From Candidatus Magasanikiibacteriota bacterium (GTDB taxonomy: Bacteria > Patescibacteriota > Patescibacteriia > Magasanikbacterales > UBA922), in assembly GCA_003482855.1 (NCBI GenBank), contig DMXO01000006.1, positions 15,052 to 79,051 of the forward strand: a stretch of 64,000 nucleotides of DNA. Direction: 5' to 3'. A program made the position numbers and the translations under genes. The notes beneath the pieces are model-generated. The model was not told the DNA's origin. It worked only from the letters and a program-made list of their open reading frames with translations, and did not search any database. This document shows, piece by piece, positions 10,346 through 20,569 of the stretch (the stretch's first letter is position 1; the number at the start of each line of letters is the position of its first letter).

Positions 10346-10598
10346 CCTGTGCACACAATAAGCAAAAACACACATACCCTGTTTACAAACACAGAGGTTA
10401 TCAACACCAAAACACAGCCAAAAACAAAATCAAAAACTAATCAACAAATTCACACAAAAACTCACACGACATATCCCCACAAAGAGGCAAACAAAAAAGG
10501 CTAACAATAAAACAAAACAACACTTTTCCACACAGTCCACAACACTTACTATTATCACAAGTTTAAAATATAAATTAAATAACCTAATAAACAGTAAT
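10346..10598. other. oriC: Replication origin oriC (dnaA-dnaN spacer) with DnaA boxes, DnaA-trios and an AT-rich tract
   Basis: TTATCAACA ~10398; tandem TTTTCCACA-CAGTCCACA 10524-10541 then TAC TAT TAT CAC 10547-10558; + strand shifts visibly from C/A-rich to G/T-rich here. Confidence 0.85.
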
Positions 10599-11726
10599 AT
10601 GAAATTTACTTGTACAAGAGAAAATCTGGTGTACACTCTCGATTTGGTGAGTTCTCTTGCGAGCAAGCACGTAAATCTTCCTATACTTACCAATGTTTTG
10701 GTGAAAGCAACTGATTCTGGTGTGGAAGTCAGTGCGACAAATTTAGAAATAGCAGTAAAAACTCATTTACGTGCAAAGGTGGAAGAGCAAGGGTCTTTTA
10801 CTATACCAGCAAAGACGCTTTCAGATTATGTCCGTCTACTTACCAATGAACAGGTAGATGTGCAACTGAAAGAAAATGAACTTGTTATTACTTGCGGGAA
10901 TTCTAGTACAAAAATAAAAGGATCTTCTGCCGAAGAATATCCACTTATACCAGACGTAGAAGAACAGCACGCATATACCCTTGATGTAAATACGTTTAAA
11001 GATATTCTGTCCAAAACAGCTGTTGCCGTTTCAAAAAATGAAATACGCCCAGAACTTTCTGGCGTTTACTTTCATTTTTTGAGTGATCGTTATGATGGAT
11101 TGGTGTTGGCTGCCACAGACTCATATCGACTTGCAGAGGCTCGTATGTCTATTGCTCAGGGTGGAGATAGAGATGTCGTTTGTATAGTGCCAGCCCGAGT
11201 AGTTTATGAAATGATACGTTTATTGCAGCTTGGTAAGAGTCATGAAGGAGAAGAAAATGTTCGTGTGTGGGTAAGTGAAAATCAAATTGCAATAAGATAT
11301 GATAATTTTGAGATGACCAGTCGCCTTATAGATGGAAAATATCCTGATTACACTCAAATCATCCCAAAAGATTTCAAGACCAAATCTCTGTTTCCTCTTG
11401 ATGTCATGACAAACAAAATAAAAGCAGCGAGCTTATTTACTACCACAGGTGTAAATGCAGTGAGTTTTGACCTCAATGTTTCACAAAATACAATCGGTGT
11501 TTCTTCGTCAAGCACACAGGCAGGTGAACACAGTTCAGAGATAGAAGCAACCCTTCAAGGAGAAGAAAATTCAATATTGCTCAATCATCGGTATGTTCTT
11601 GATGGGCTTGCTCATATGGAAAGCGACGAGGTAGAATTTATGGTCAATAGTGCAGAGGCACCTTGTATGTTTACCCCAAAAAATAATAAAGACTATTTGT
11701 ATATTGTGATGCCGATACGGCAGTAA
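10599..11726 (+). CDS. dnaN: DNA polymerase III beta sliding clamp
   Basis: LPILTNVL, SATNLE, ATDSYRLA, SRLIDGKYPDY, C-terminal YIVMPIRQ. Confidence 0.98.
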   Translation: MKFTCTRENLVYTLDLVSSLASKHVNLPILTNVLVKATDSGVEVSATNLEIAVKTHLRAKVEEQGSFTIPAKTLSDYVRLLTNEQVDVQLKENELVITCGNSSTKIKGSSAEEYPLIPDVEEQHAYTLDVNTFKDILSKTAVAVSKNEIRPELSGVYFHFLSDRYDGLVLAATDSYRLAEARMSIAQGGDRDVVCIVPARVVYEMIRLLQLGKSHEGEENVRVWVSENQIAIRYDNFEMTSRLIDGKYPDYTQIIPKDFKTKSLFPLDVMTNKIKAASLFTTTGVNAVSFDLNVSQNTIGVSSSSTQAGEHSSEIEATLQGEENSILLNHRYVLDGLAHMESDEVEFMVNSAEAPCMFTPKNNKDYLYIVMPIRQ

Positions 11727-11756
11727 AAAAGAACAAAAACTAAAGTTTAAAAAATT

Positions 11757-11788
11757 AAAACAACGCCTGCGGGTGTTGTTTTTTTGTT
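11757..11788. terminator. Bidirectional terminator between dnaN and the TrmB-type gene
   Basis: aaaacaacgcctgcgggtgttgttttttt. Confidence 0.7.
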
Positions 11789-11797
11789 TGAATATGT

Positions 11798-12556
11798 TTA
11801 TAACATTCGTCCACTATTCCACGCCATATTAAATAGCGTCTTGTATGTTTCAGCAATGTTTGGTGATTCAATAATTGTCGCAAATATTTGTTCTTTTACA
11901 GAAAAAATAATAAGTGTGTTTCCATATAACATATTATCTGTTTGAAAGAAACGGCCCTCATTGCGAATAAGTCTGATATTATGCTGGGGATTAAGTTTTG
12001 AAGATGTTTTATAATATTTCCTTGTCTCATGGTCGTCATTGCCAATTTCACGGATTGGATTATTTGATTTTGCCATTATTTGATAAAAATAATCAACGAC
12101 ACTCGTTTCAAAATGTTCAGCCGCATCTTTGAGAGAACCGTAGATAATTAATTCTTCCTGTGGGTGGTGTGAGAGATATGTGAAAATCCCATTATACACA
12201 CTACGCACGCCAGACACACCTTCTGCTATTTTGATATTTGGTTTTTCTGGATCAATATTATGTATAGCTTTCAGAGAAGGAAGAATTCCTTTGACTAGTT
12301 GTGTCTTTGTTTTTAAGTCAGTTAATAGTCGTTCAGGGCTCTCTGCTTCATAGAGTATCTTGTTTCTTTGTATTGTTTTGCTCACCAATCCGCGTCTTTC
12401 TAGGTCATCTAAAATAAGATATACAGTTGGCCGTTTTAAATTAGCGCTTCTAGATATATTCAAGACAGTATCAACTCCGAGTTGAAGCGTAGCAATATAT
12501 ACTGATGCCTGGTTTTCAGATAATCCAGTTTGTTTTAGCGTTTTTATAAGGTCCAT
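11798..12556 (-). CDS. TrmB-family transcriptional regulator
   Basis: LKQTGLSENQASVYIATLQLG...ISRSANLKRPTVYLILDDLERRGLV wHTH; C-terminal IIESPNIAETYKTLFNMAW. Confidence 0.85.
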   Translation of the reverse strand: MDLIKTLKQTGLSENQASVYIATLQLGVDTVLNISRSANLKRPTVYLILDDLERRGLVSKTIQRNKILYEAESPERLLTDLKTKTQLVKGILPSLKAIHNIDPEKPNIKIAEGVSGVRSVYNGIFTYLSHHPQEELIIYGSLKDAAEHFETSVVDYFYQIMAKSNNPIREIGNDDHETRKYYKTSSKLNPQHNIRLIRNEGRFFQTDNMLYGNTLIIFSVKEQIFATIIESPNIAETYKTLFNMAWNSGRML

Positions 12557-12564
12557 ATGCTTAT

Positions 12565-12604
12565 ATTATATATAAAATTTTATAAAATGTCAAGTTATTT
12601 GACA
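12565..12604 (-). promoter_or_regulatory. sigma70 promoter of the TrmB-type gene with an overlapping inverted-repeat operator
   Basis: Minus strand TTGACA-17-TATAAT; palindrome TGTCAA-GTTAT-TTGACA at 12588-12604 covers the -35. Confidence 0.7.
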
Positions 12605-12673
12605 ACATTATTTTATAAAAATATCTAAGATTAGCTAAATAATATTTTTTAATTACAAATTATGTTATAAATA

Positions 12674-12702
12674 TTGATCAAATTATCAAAAAATGTTATA
12701 AT
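12674..12702 (+). promoter_or_regulatory. sigma70 promoter for the GC-rich membrane-protein gene
   Basis: TTGATC-17-TATAAT with extended -10 TG. Confidence 0.65.
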
Positions 12703-12810
12703 TTGTCGTTCTGTTCTTTAAAAGAAAGTGTCCGTCTACAGTAGATTCCTTCTGGAATAAAGAAGTTTGCTGTGGACGGACACCTGAACTCAATACACTG
12801 GAGAATGCAC

Positions 12811-13377
12811 ATGTTCCAGAAGCTGGACCCGTTCTACTGGTTCCTCAAGGCGATGCTCCGCGGTTTCTTCAAGGTCGAATTGAAGTCCGAGGAGGTGGAC
12901 TTCATCAGCGACAATATCCAGAAGCACCGAAAGGTGCTCTGGATCAACTTGATCGCGGCGATTTTCGTGGTTCTAGCACTCAGCAAAACGGACGCAAAGG
13001 ACATCGCCACTCTCATCACCGCTTTGCTGGCTCCCGTCATGGTGATGGGCGGGGCCTGGTTCGCGATTTCGTTTGGCGCGATTCCCGCCAAGCTCATGAA
13101 CGTCTCGTTGTCTTGTACTATGTGGATGTTCACGGCATTTCTAACATCACTCACGACGATGTTTATCGCAGTGGGGTTTGTTACCCCAGCGGTCGTGTGG
13201 CCTGTGCTTGGTATCGTCTACCTCAGCGCCCTGTTCGCTTGTATCCAGTATGATACAGCGGACGGAATGAAAGCTGGGCTGGATGAGGCCCAGCTACGCC
13301 ACTCACGGGCGGCAGTCCGCTACTACAAGAAGCAAGGGATCGATCCTGACGCCATCGAGCAGGCGTCGAAGGAGTGA
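12811..13377 (+). CDS. Hypothetical ~4-TM membrane protein, GC-rich relative to neighbours
   Basis: Open frame with hydrophobic segments; GGAG upstream; many C/G-ending codons; start 12805 or 12811. Confidence 0.75.
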   Translation: MFQKLDPFYWFLKAMLRGFFKVELKSEEVDFISDNIQKHRKVLWINLIAAIFVVLALSKTDAKDIATLITALLAPVMVMGGAWFAISFGAIPAKLMNVSLSCTMWMFTAFLTSLTTMFIAVGFVTPAVVWPVLGIVYLSALFACIQYDTADGMKAGLDEAQLRHSRAAVRYYKKQGIDPDAIEQASKE

Positions 13378-13528
13378 ACAGACAAGCGCTGGCACTGGAG
13401 GGCCGGCGTCGAAGGAGGGGGTGGCGATGCACTGTGCAGACGCCACCAACTTCGACTATCATTTTTATAAATAGAAATGATTGAGAACAAAAAATACCAC
13501 ATAATCTGCGGTATTTTTTGTTTATATT

Positions 13529-13589
13529 TTTATTGCGAAAAGAAGGTATAAAACTTCTGATCTAAGCGACACCTTCCTCGCAATTTCAT
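13529..13589. repeat. Dispersed palindromic repeat, copy 1 (contains the PBP1A TGA stop)
   Basis: TTTATTGCGAAAAGAAGGT...TAAGCGACACCTTCCTCGCAATTTCAT; near-identical ends to 58704-58810. Confidence 0.85.
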
Positions 13590-16504
13590 TGTATCACTAT
13601 TTTTATTCTTTCGCTTTCTCTTACCTCGCCACCGAGCCCCACCACTTGTGCAATGAGAGTGTAGTTTCCAGCACCCGGATAATTGCTCCAGTCAAGAATA
13701 ATCTGGTTGTTAAAGAGACTTGAGAAGTTATTTGTTTGAGATACTAGGACTGATTCTTCACTATCCTTTTGATAATACAATCGCACCTCTTCCAATTCAT
13801 TTAGTTTGTTATGATTGAATGCAATAGATAGAGGAAAATCATCAGAAGAAAGATTATTGTAGTTTCCGTTGAAAGAAATACCTGCGGGTATAGGGTTAGC
13901 ATCCAGAATAAAATGGATATCCTGGTCTAATTTATTGCCTACATCATCCTCTACAGTCACTGTGAGTGTGTGCTCACCTGGGTCTAGATTATTGGCGTCA
14001 TAATTGAGATTGAATGGGTGTGTGCGTACAATATCTACATAGGCGCCATCTATGCGATACGTGACTTTGGTGACACCACGAGGCGCGGTGACCTGTATGT
14101 CTGTGCTTATGTGTCTTGATGTAAGTACTTGCCCTTCTGTTGGATATATTATTTCAAGATTGGGAATAAGCTCTAGACTATGCATATCATCATATTCAGT
14201 GGGTGGATCCTCGAAGCTCATATTCCATTCAGGGTCTTCTGCTTTTTTGCGTTCAATCCATTCTTGTATACCTTTTTCCCATCCTATATATTGGGGGTCA
14301 TCCTCAGGGTGCTCAGGCGCATTTCCACGGGGGTCATCTTTTTGCACATAATGTAGTATAGAATGTGGTTGGATAAATGTTTTTTCTTCTATATATTTTT
14401 CTGGCGTAGAACTTGTAGCAATTTTGCCGGTAACTTTGTCAACAAGAAGCGTTATGCCACCTTCCGCAGAGCCTTTGAGTATCGGTTTTTCAGCGGTGTT
14501 TGGTGGTGGAGCAGGGAATGTTTCTACAGGCGTATTTTCGAGAGTGTCTCTCATGAAGAGATTCCATAGTTTTGCTGCTACCATACTACCGGTCGCTCCT
14601 TGCTTCATAGGAGTATTGTTTGTGTTTCCTACCCAAATTCCTGTGACAAGACTCGGTGTGTATCCTACGGTCCATGCATCAATATAATTGTTTGTGGTGC
14701 CTGTTTTTACTGCTAACGGACGCCCAGGGAGTGTAAGAGGTCCATTGGCTCCAAATGTATAGGCGCGCGCGGCATCATCACTAAGTACATTTGACATGGT
14801 TGCTGCCAACTCTGGCTCAAGCACGCGGTTTCCTTTTTCTTTTTTCCATTCTTCAAGTACTTTACCATTGCTATCTTCAACTTTTAATACACTGATAGGA
14901 GAGTATTGAATGCCATTATTCGCAAAAGATGCATACGCATTGGTATGATCAATTAATTTTACCTCTCCACCACCAAGTACAAGGGTTAACCCAAATTCTC
15001 CTTGTCCCAGAGTCGTGTATCCGAGTCGTTCGGCAAAGTCGATTGTGTTTTTTTCCCCAACTAGATACATGGTTTTGACCGCAGGTATATTGAGAGATCC
15101 TTGTAGGGCTTTTCTCATGCTGAGGGGGCCATATTCTTTTAGGTCATAGTTTTGAGGAGTATATGGTTTACCTGACACTGCAAAATTGGTAAGTACATCA
15201 TACAAAATAGTGTCCGGTGTGTATCCCTTTTCAAAGGCAGCTGCATATACAATAGGTTTGAACGAAGATCCCGGCTGTCGTTTGCCAAGTGTCGCGACAT
15301 TGAATTGTCCGTCAATTTCTTCGTCAAAAAAATTACGTGATCCAACCATAGCCAAAATATGTCCTGTCTTTGGATCTATGGCTACGAGTGCTGCATTGTC
15401 TGCCTCTGCTCCATCCAAGATTTCTTTTCCATCCTCTTTGGTAATCACTGACTCAGCTATCTGTTGTTTGTCCCAGTCGAGAGATGTTATTACTTTGAGT
15501 CCGCCTGTTTCTACCAATGCTTCTCCATATTTTTCTACCAACTGTTCTTTTACATAAAGTACAAAATGAGGAGCTTGTATATCATTGAAATGCTGTTTAA
15601 TCTCAAGAGGTTCTGCTTGAGCATTATTTTTTTCATCCTCTTGTATATATCCTTCTTCATACATACGGAGCAAGACGAAATCCCTTCGTGCTTTGAGTGC
15701 ATCTGTGTCATTGAGATATCTTGAAGGAGCTTTTGGCAGACCGGCAAGTGTGGCTGACTCTGCGAGCGTAAGATCAGAAACATGTTTACCAAAATAACTT
15801 TGGGCAGCTGATTCTATACCATAGTTAGTTGAGCCATAGGGGATTTCATTGAAATATATTTTAAGTATTTGATCTTTTGTATATTTTTGTTCAAGACGGA
15901 ATGTGAGGATGACTTCTTTCAGTTTTCGTACATATGATCGTTCAGTTGTGAGTATGGCATTTTTTACAAGCTGCTGTGTGAGCGTCGAGGCACCGCTGCC
16001 TACGCGTTTATTCGTAAAAAGGCCGACGAGAATAGAGCGCAATATTGAAAAAGGTCGTATACCATGATGCTCATAAAATGTTGTATCTTCTGTGGCAATG
16101 ACCCCGTCTATTACTTGTTGGGGTACATTATCTAGTTCTACGATGGTTCGGCGCTCATCTGCAAATATTTCATACAGAAGATGTTCTCCTGTTTTGTCAT
16201 AAATTTTGGTACTTTGGGCTATCTGTCTATCTGTCAATTTATCAGGATCTGGAAGATCTTTGCTGGCCCATGCAAAGAGGACGGTAGTAAACAAAAAACC
16301 AAATACAAACAGGGTTAGCCCGCCTATGAGAATTGGTTTTTTCAAATTATGTCGTCTGATAGTACCCCGGGTTTTTTTGAGGACTTTTGTCCATGATCCT
16401 TTTTTGGAGCTATTCGGTCTATTTTTTTTGAAAAAACTGCGTTTTTTTGTATTTTGGTTGCCAATGTACCCGTATGAACGTTTATTGAGTTGGGGGATAG
16501 GCAT
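13586..16504 (-). CDS. Class A penicillin-binding protein (transglycosylase-transpeptidase) with C-terminal Ig-like domains
   Basis: ATEDTTFYEHHG, GASTLTQQLVKN, RKLKE, GSSFK (SxxK), SLN, KTGT. Confidence 0.95.
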   Translation of the reverse strand: MPIPQLNKRSYGYIGNQNTKKRSFFKKNRPNSSKKGSWTKVLKKTRGTIRRHNLKKPILIGGLTLFVFGFLFTTVLFAWASKDLPDPDKLTDRQIAQSTKIYDKTGEHLLYEIFADERRTIVELDNVPQQVIDGVIATEDTTFYEHHGIRPFSILRSILVGLFTNKRVGSGASTLTQQLVKNAILTTERSYVRKLKEVILTFRLEQKYTKDQILKIYFNEIPYGSTNYGIESAAQSYFGKHVSDLTLAESATLAGLPKAPSRYLNDTDALKARRDFVLLRMYEEGYIQEDEKNNAQAEPLEIKQHFNDIQAPHFVLYVKEQLVEKYGEALVETGGLKVITSLDWDKQQIAESVITKEDGKEILDGAEADNAALVAIDPKTGHILAMVGSRNFFDEEIDGQFNVATLGKRQPGSSFKPIVYAAAFEKGYTPDTILYDVLTNFAVSGKPYTPQNYDLKEYGPLSMRKALQGSLNIPAVKTMYLVGEKNTIDFAERLGYTTLGQGEFGLTLVLGGGEVKLIDHTNAYASFANNGIQYSPISVLKVEDSNGKVLEEWKKEKGNRVLEPELAATMSNVLSDDAARAYTFGANGPLTLPGRPLAVKTGTTNNYIDAWTVGYTPSLVTGIWVGNTNNTPMKQGATGSMVAAKLWNLFMRDTLENTPVETFPAPPPNTAEKPILKGSAEGGITLLVDKVTGKIATSSTPEKYIEEKTFIQPHSILHYVQKDDPRGNAPEHPEDDPQYIGWEKGIQEWIERKKAEDPEWNMSFEDPPTEYDDMHSLELIPNLEIIYPTEGQVLTSRHISTDIQVTAPRGVTKVTYRIDGAYVDIVRTHPFNLNYDANNLDPGEHTLTVTVEDDVGNKLDQDIHFILDANPIPAGISFNGNYNNLSSDDFPLSIAFNHNKLNELEEVRLYYQKDSEESVLVSQTNNFSSLFNNQIILDWSNYPGAGNYTLIAQVVGLGGEVRESERIKIVIQ

Positions 16505-16659
16505 AATTATGTATAGAATTGTATTTATGATACATATTGTATCAAACTATTGACAAAAATACCATTTTATGATATAGTATCGCACCAATGAAAAGAGATA
16601 CTTGAATATAGTATCTTTTTAATTGGGAATCGATATATTTCGCTTATTTAAGCAAAAAT

Positions 16660-17199
16660 ATGTATTTCTTTAAGAGACAACCGGGCAGACAATTTGTTGA
16701 ATTATCTATAGCTATACTTGTTATTTGGGCTTTTGTTGCCAATAGTTTGGTTCCTCAAACAGTAGAAGCAAAAACGTTCGATTTTGGCCTAATTTCACGT
16801 TTTTTTACCCAAGATAACGAACAAATAGTTGATGACTCTTTATCTAGTTTTCCATCGGTATCTGATGCAGATCCACGGCAAGTGATGTGGGTTACTATGA
16901 CCGCTTATTCCAGTGATGTGGCACAGACTGATAGTACTCCTTGTATCCCAGCTGATGCATCATATGACTTGTGTGAACATTATGAGGAATATGGGGAACA
17001 AAATACGATTGCAACCAATTTTCTTCCTATGGGTACGCAAGTTCGTTTTCCGGACTTGTACGGCGACAAAGTGTTTGTGGTGAGAGACCGTATGAATGCC
17101 CGTTATGGGAGAGGTCGTGGAGATTTTTGGATGCCAGAGCGTGAACTTGCAAAAAATTTTGGAGTGAAGCGTGTGCAGATGGAAGTTTACTATAGATAA
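16660..17199 (+). CDS. 3D-domain (lytic transglycosylase-like) exported protein
   Basis: VTMTAYSSDVAQTDSTP...IATNFLPMGT...FVVRDRMNARY...DFWM...FGVKRV; N-terminal hydrophobic segment. Confidence 0.8.
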   Translation: MYFFKRQPGRQFVELSIAILVIWAFVANSLVPQTVEAKTFDFGLISRFFTQDNEQIVDDSLSSFPSVSDADPRQVMWVTMTAYSSDVAQTDSTPCIPADASYDLCEHYEEYGEQNTIATNFLPMGTQVRFPDLYGDKVFVVRDRMNARYGRGRGDFWMPERELAKNFGVKRVQMEVYYR

Positions 17200-17291
17200 A
17201 ATAATTTTTTCATATGAACCCGCCATACTGGCGGGTTTTGTGTACTTGAAATTGACAGTGTATTATGATATTCTGAGTATGTTATTTTTAT

Positions 17292-17363
17292 GGTACGGTA
17301 GCCAAGCGGTAAGGCAGAGGTCTGCAAAACCTCTATGCGCGGGTTCGATTCCCGCCCGTACCT
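17292..17363 (+). tRNA. tRNA-Cys(GCA), CCA not encoded
   Basis: GGTACGG/CCGTACC acceptor, GAGGT-CTGCAAA-ACCTC anticodon arm, GGTTCGATTC T-loop. Confidence 0.95.
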
Positions 17364-17450
17364 CGAGAACAGTCTGCTCATTTGCGGACTGTTTTGTATT
17401 TTTGTGCCCGTTGATTTTTGTCATGTTTTCGGGTATAGTGAAGACTACCT

Positions 17451-18839
17451 ATGCAAATAAATTGGTACAAGTTATTTCTATATATTTTGCGCGGTCTTGT
17501 ATATGGGAAGAGGGGTATTTTTTGGTTATTGAGCAAAATTTGGAAAGGTCTTTTGAAGATAAACGATGCGTACAAGAGGAACCTTGGTTTTTTGTTGTAC
17601 AAAATGATTTTTTATACTAAGAGGCATATACATAAATTTTCTTTTACTCGTAAGGAGAGTAAGCTTGAATTTTTTGGTAGACGTGGGACACTTCAGACAA
17701 TTTTATTTTTTATTTTTTGTGTTATATTGTTTCCCCATAGCAGATTTTATACAAAAGCATATACGGATTTGCCTGGTAGTAGCTCTCTTTTATACAAGAT
17801 GGTCATTTCAGGAAATCAAGATTTGGGATATGATGAGATCGTATTGGCAGACGATAGTGTTGAGGGTACAGTCCAAAATTCATCTTGGAAACAAGGTTCT
17901 TTGGTGGTCGGAGATCAGTCAAACATTGCTTCACCGTCTACAGGGCCACAGGATTTGGCAGGTGTATCTACAGGTGGTAATGCACTGACGAAACCTATTA
18001 TTATGCCTGGTGTTGATGTCGGCACTTCGTCTTCAGGTAGTGCCCCAGCAAAAACAGGTCGTTCAGAGATAGTATATTATGAAGTACAATCGGGTGATGT
18101 AATAGGGCAAATTGCAGAGAAGTTTGGAGTTAGTATTGATACTATTTTGTGGGCAAATGATTTGACCGCTCGTTCTTATATTCGTCCAGGACAAAGCTTG
18201 GCTATTTTGCCCGTAGACGGTGTGACACACAAAGTGGTGAGTGGAGATACTGTTTTGAAGATTGCGAAAAAATATCTTGCCGATGCATCAGAAGTTATTT
18301 CATATAATAAACTTCAAGAAAATGGCGCTGATATTGTGGTTGGCGAGGTCTTACTCATACCTGGTGGAGAAAAACCTCAACCAGTCCAGACAGCTCCTCG
18401 TTATACACCTTCCACGCCATCTTCATTTAGCAAGATAGTAGCTCCTCCACCGTCAGTTTCTGCTCCAGCTGGTTCTGGGTTTTTGTGGCCAACTACCATT
18501 ACTTATATATCTCAATATTTTAGTTGGAGACATGGTGGCCTTGATTTGGCAGGTCCTGTTGGTAACCCTATATATGCGTCGAAATCAGGTACAGTTTTGA
18601 AAGCTCAATGTGGGTGGAATTGGGGATACGGTTGTTATGTTCATTTAGACAACGGCAGTGGTATTGAAACTATCTATGCGCACGCATCGCAACTCTTAGT
18701 TTCTCCTGGAGATTATGTGAATCAAGGACAGACTATTGCGCTTAGTGGTAATACAGGAAATTCTACCGGTCCCCATCTTCATTTTGAAATACATGTGAAT
18801 GGTGTACGGCAAAATCCGTTGGCTTATATCAGAAAATAA
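17451..18839 (+). CDS. LysM x2 plus M23 peptidase
   Basis: YEVQSGDVIGQIAEKFGVS LysM; HGGLD, YAH, STGPHLHFE M23 motifs. Confidence 0.93.
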   Translation: MQINWYKLFLYILRGLVYGKRGIFWLLSKIWKGLLKINDAYKRNLGFLLYKMIFYTKRHIHKFSFTRKESKLEFFGRRGTLQTILFFIFCVILFPHSRFYTKAYTDLPGSSSLLYKMVISGNQDLGYDEIVLADDSVEGTVQNSSWKQGSLVVGDQSNIASPSTGPQDLAGVSTGGNALTKPIIMPGVDVGTSSSGSAPAKTGRSEIVYYEVQSGDVIGQIAEKFGVSIDTILWANDLTARSYIRPGQSLAILPVDGVTHKVVSGDTVLKIAKKYLADASEVISYNKLQENGADIVVGEVLLIPGGEKPQPVQTAPRYTPSTPSSFSKIVAPPPSVSAPAGSGFLWPTTITYISQYFSWRHGGLDLAGPVGNPIYASKSGTVLKAQCGWNWGYGCYVHLDNGSGIETIYAHASQLLVSPGDYVNQGQTIALSGNTGNSTGPHLHFEIHVNGVRQNPLAYIRK

Positions 18840-18943
18840 AAGATTTTTTCATTTATTTGCATCGTAAATAAATTGTGATATAAAACCGATCATGTAAGTG
18901 ATCGGTTTGTTGTATGGAATTATAAGTTTTGATTGAAATATAT

Positions 18944-20467
18944 TTATTCTAGTTTTGCTCTGTACTGCAATGCTTCCGCGATGTGTTCTGTTTTTATATT
19001 TTCAGTTCCTTCGAGATCCGCGATGGTCCGTCCCAATTTGAGAATTCTATGGTAACTACGTGCTGATAAGTGCATATGTGTTACTGCTTGTTTCAATAAG
19101 TCAAGTGATTGGTCATTGAGTTTGCAGTGTTCTTTTATATCTTTGTTTTTCATTTCACTATTTGTTGTGTATGATGTGTGCCTGAAACGGTGTGTTTGAC
19201 GTTCTCTTGCATCTTCGACACGTTTTCGTATAGTTTCAGATGACTCAGCCAATTGATTGTCTGATAATTTTTCAAATTCAACACGAGGCACTTCAACATG
19301 TAGATCAATGCGATCGAGCAACGGACCGCTTATTTTTTTCCTATATTTTTCGATCTGCAGAGAACTACATGAACAATGTCTGTCCGGATCACTCGCATAG
19401 CCACATGGACATGGATTTTGACTAGCTATCAGAGTGAACTGCGCGGGGAACGCTATAGTGCCTTGTGCACGCGATATGGTGATGATGTTATCTTCCAATG
19501 GTTGTCTCAGATTTTCGAGAACCATACGGGGGAATTCTGGGAGTTCGTCAAGAAAGAGGACACCGCGATGCGCGAGTGAAATTTCCCCAGGACGTGGGAA
19601 TTTACCTCCTCCTACCAGTGCAACTCCTGATGCCGAGTGGTGTGGAGCTCTGAATGGGCGTTGTGTGATAAGTGGGCGGTCAGATGGGAGTAACCCAGCT
19701 ACTGAATAAATTTTTGTTACCTCTATAGCTTCTTGTCTGGTCATTCTGGGTAATATGGTTGGTAAGGTGCGTGCGAGTAATGTCTTTCCAGATCCAGGTG
19801 GTCCTGAAAGAAGAATATTGTGTGCTCCACTCGCTGCAATTTCCAACGCACGTTTTACGAACTCTTGGCCTTTTATATACGCCATATCCATTTCGTATAG
19901 TGTTTTTTCAAAATATTCTTCAATAGGTATATGAGGGAATGAGCATATAGCTTGTTTATTTTGTATGTGGTCTATAAGCTCTCTAAATGTTTTGACTGGA
20001 TAAATTTCTATATCCTCTATGATTGAGGCCTCTGTTGCATTTGTTGCTGGTATAAATAATTTTTTGTAGCCAAGGCGCTTGGCAGAAATAGCAAGTGGGA
20101 GAATGCCGCTTGCGTGACGCAGAGATCCATCTAACGCAAGTTCTCCGACGAAAAGCGCATCATTGAGATTCAGGAATTCTTGCTTCTCAGTACATAAGTA
20201 CATGCCGAGCGCTATAGGTAAATCATATGCAGTACCTTCTTTACGTACATCGGCAGGGGCAAGATTTATAACTATGCGGCTATTGTTAGGAAAAGGTAGA
20301 TTTGTATTTTTCCATGCAGTCCGAATGCGCTCCTTTGCCTCTTGTATTGCTGTATCTGGTAATCCAACAATAGTAAACCCAGGCCAGCTTCCTGCGATAT
20401 CAACTTCTACCGTAATCGGGGCACAATCGAGCCCGAGTATTGCTGCTGAATTTATTTTCGTAAACAT
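18944..20467 (-). CDS. comM: YifB/ComM Mg-chelatase-like AAA+ ATPase
   Basis: VGLPDTAIQEAKERI, INLAPADVRKEGTAYDLPIA, GPPGSGKT, GEISLAHRGVLFLDELPEF, NPCPCG. Confidence 0.95.
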   Translation of the reverse strand: MFTKINSAAILGLDCAPITVEVDIAGSWPGFTIVGLPDTAIQEAKERIRTAWKNTNLPFPNNSRIVINLAPADVRKEGTAYDLPIALGMYLCTEKQEFLNLNDALFVGELALDGSLRHASGILPLAISAKRLGYKKLFIPATNATEASIIEDIEIYPVKTFRELIDHIQNKQAICSFPHIPIEEYFEKTLYEMDMAYIKGQEFVKRALEIAASGAHNILLSGPPGSGKTLLARTLPTILPRMTRQEAIEVTKIYSVAGLLPSDRPLITQRPFRAPHHSASGVALVGGGKFPRPGEISLAHRGVLFLDELPEFPRMVLENLRQPLEDNIITISRAQGTIAFPAQFTLIASQNPCPCGYASDPDRHCSCSSLQIEKYRKKISGPLLDRIDLHVEVPRVEFEKLSDNQLAESSETIRKRVEDARERQTHRFRHTSYTTNSEMKNKDIKEHCKLNDQSLDLLKQAVTHMHLSARSYHRILKLGRTIADLEGTENIKTEHIAEALQYRAKLE

Positions 20468-20569
20468 AATTTAGTTTGTAAGATAATTGGTGTAAGTATA
20501 TCATTTTTGATTTGTTACTTAAACAAAAATCCAGTTTATGTCTGGATTTAAAAAATTATTACTTAAAAT

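Noticed and set aside
13529-13589. SECIS or UGA read-through signal (stem-loop right after TGA in two genes)
   Set aside because: Both proteins appear complete at the TGA, and the element is better explained as a dispersed repeat
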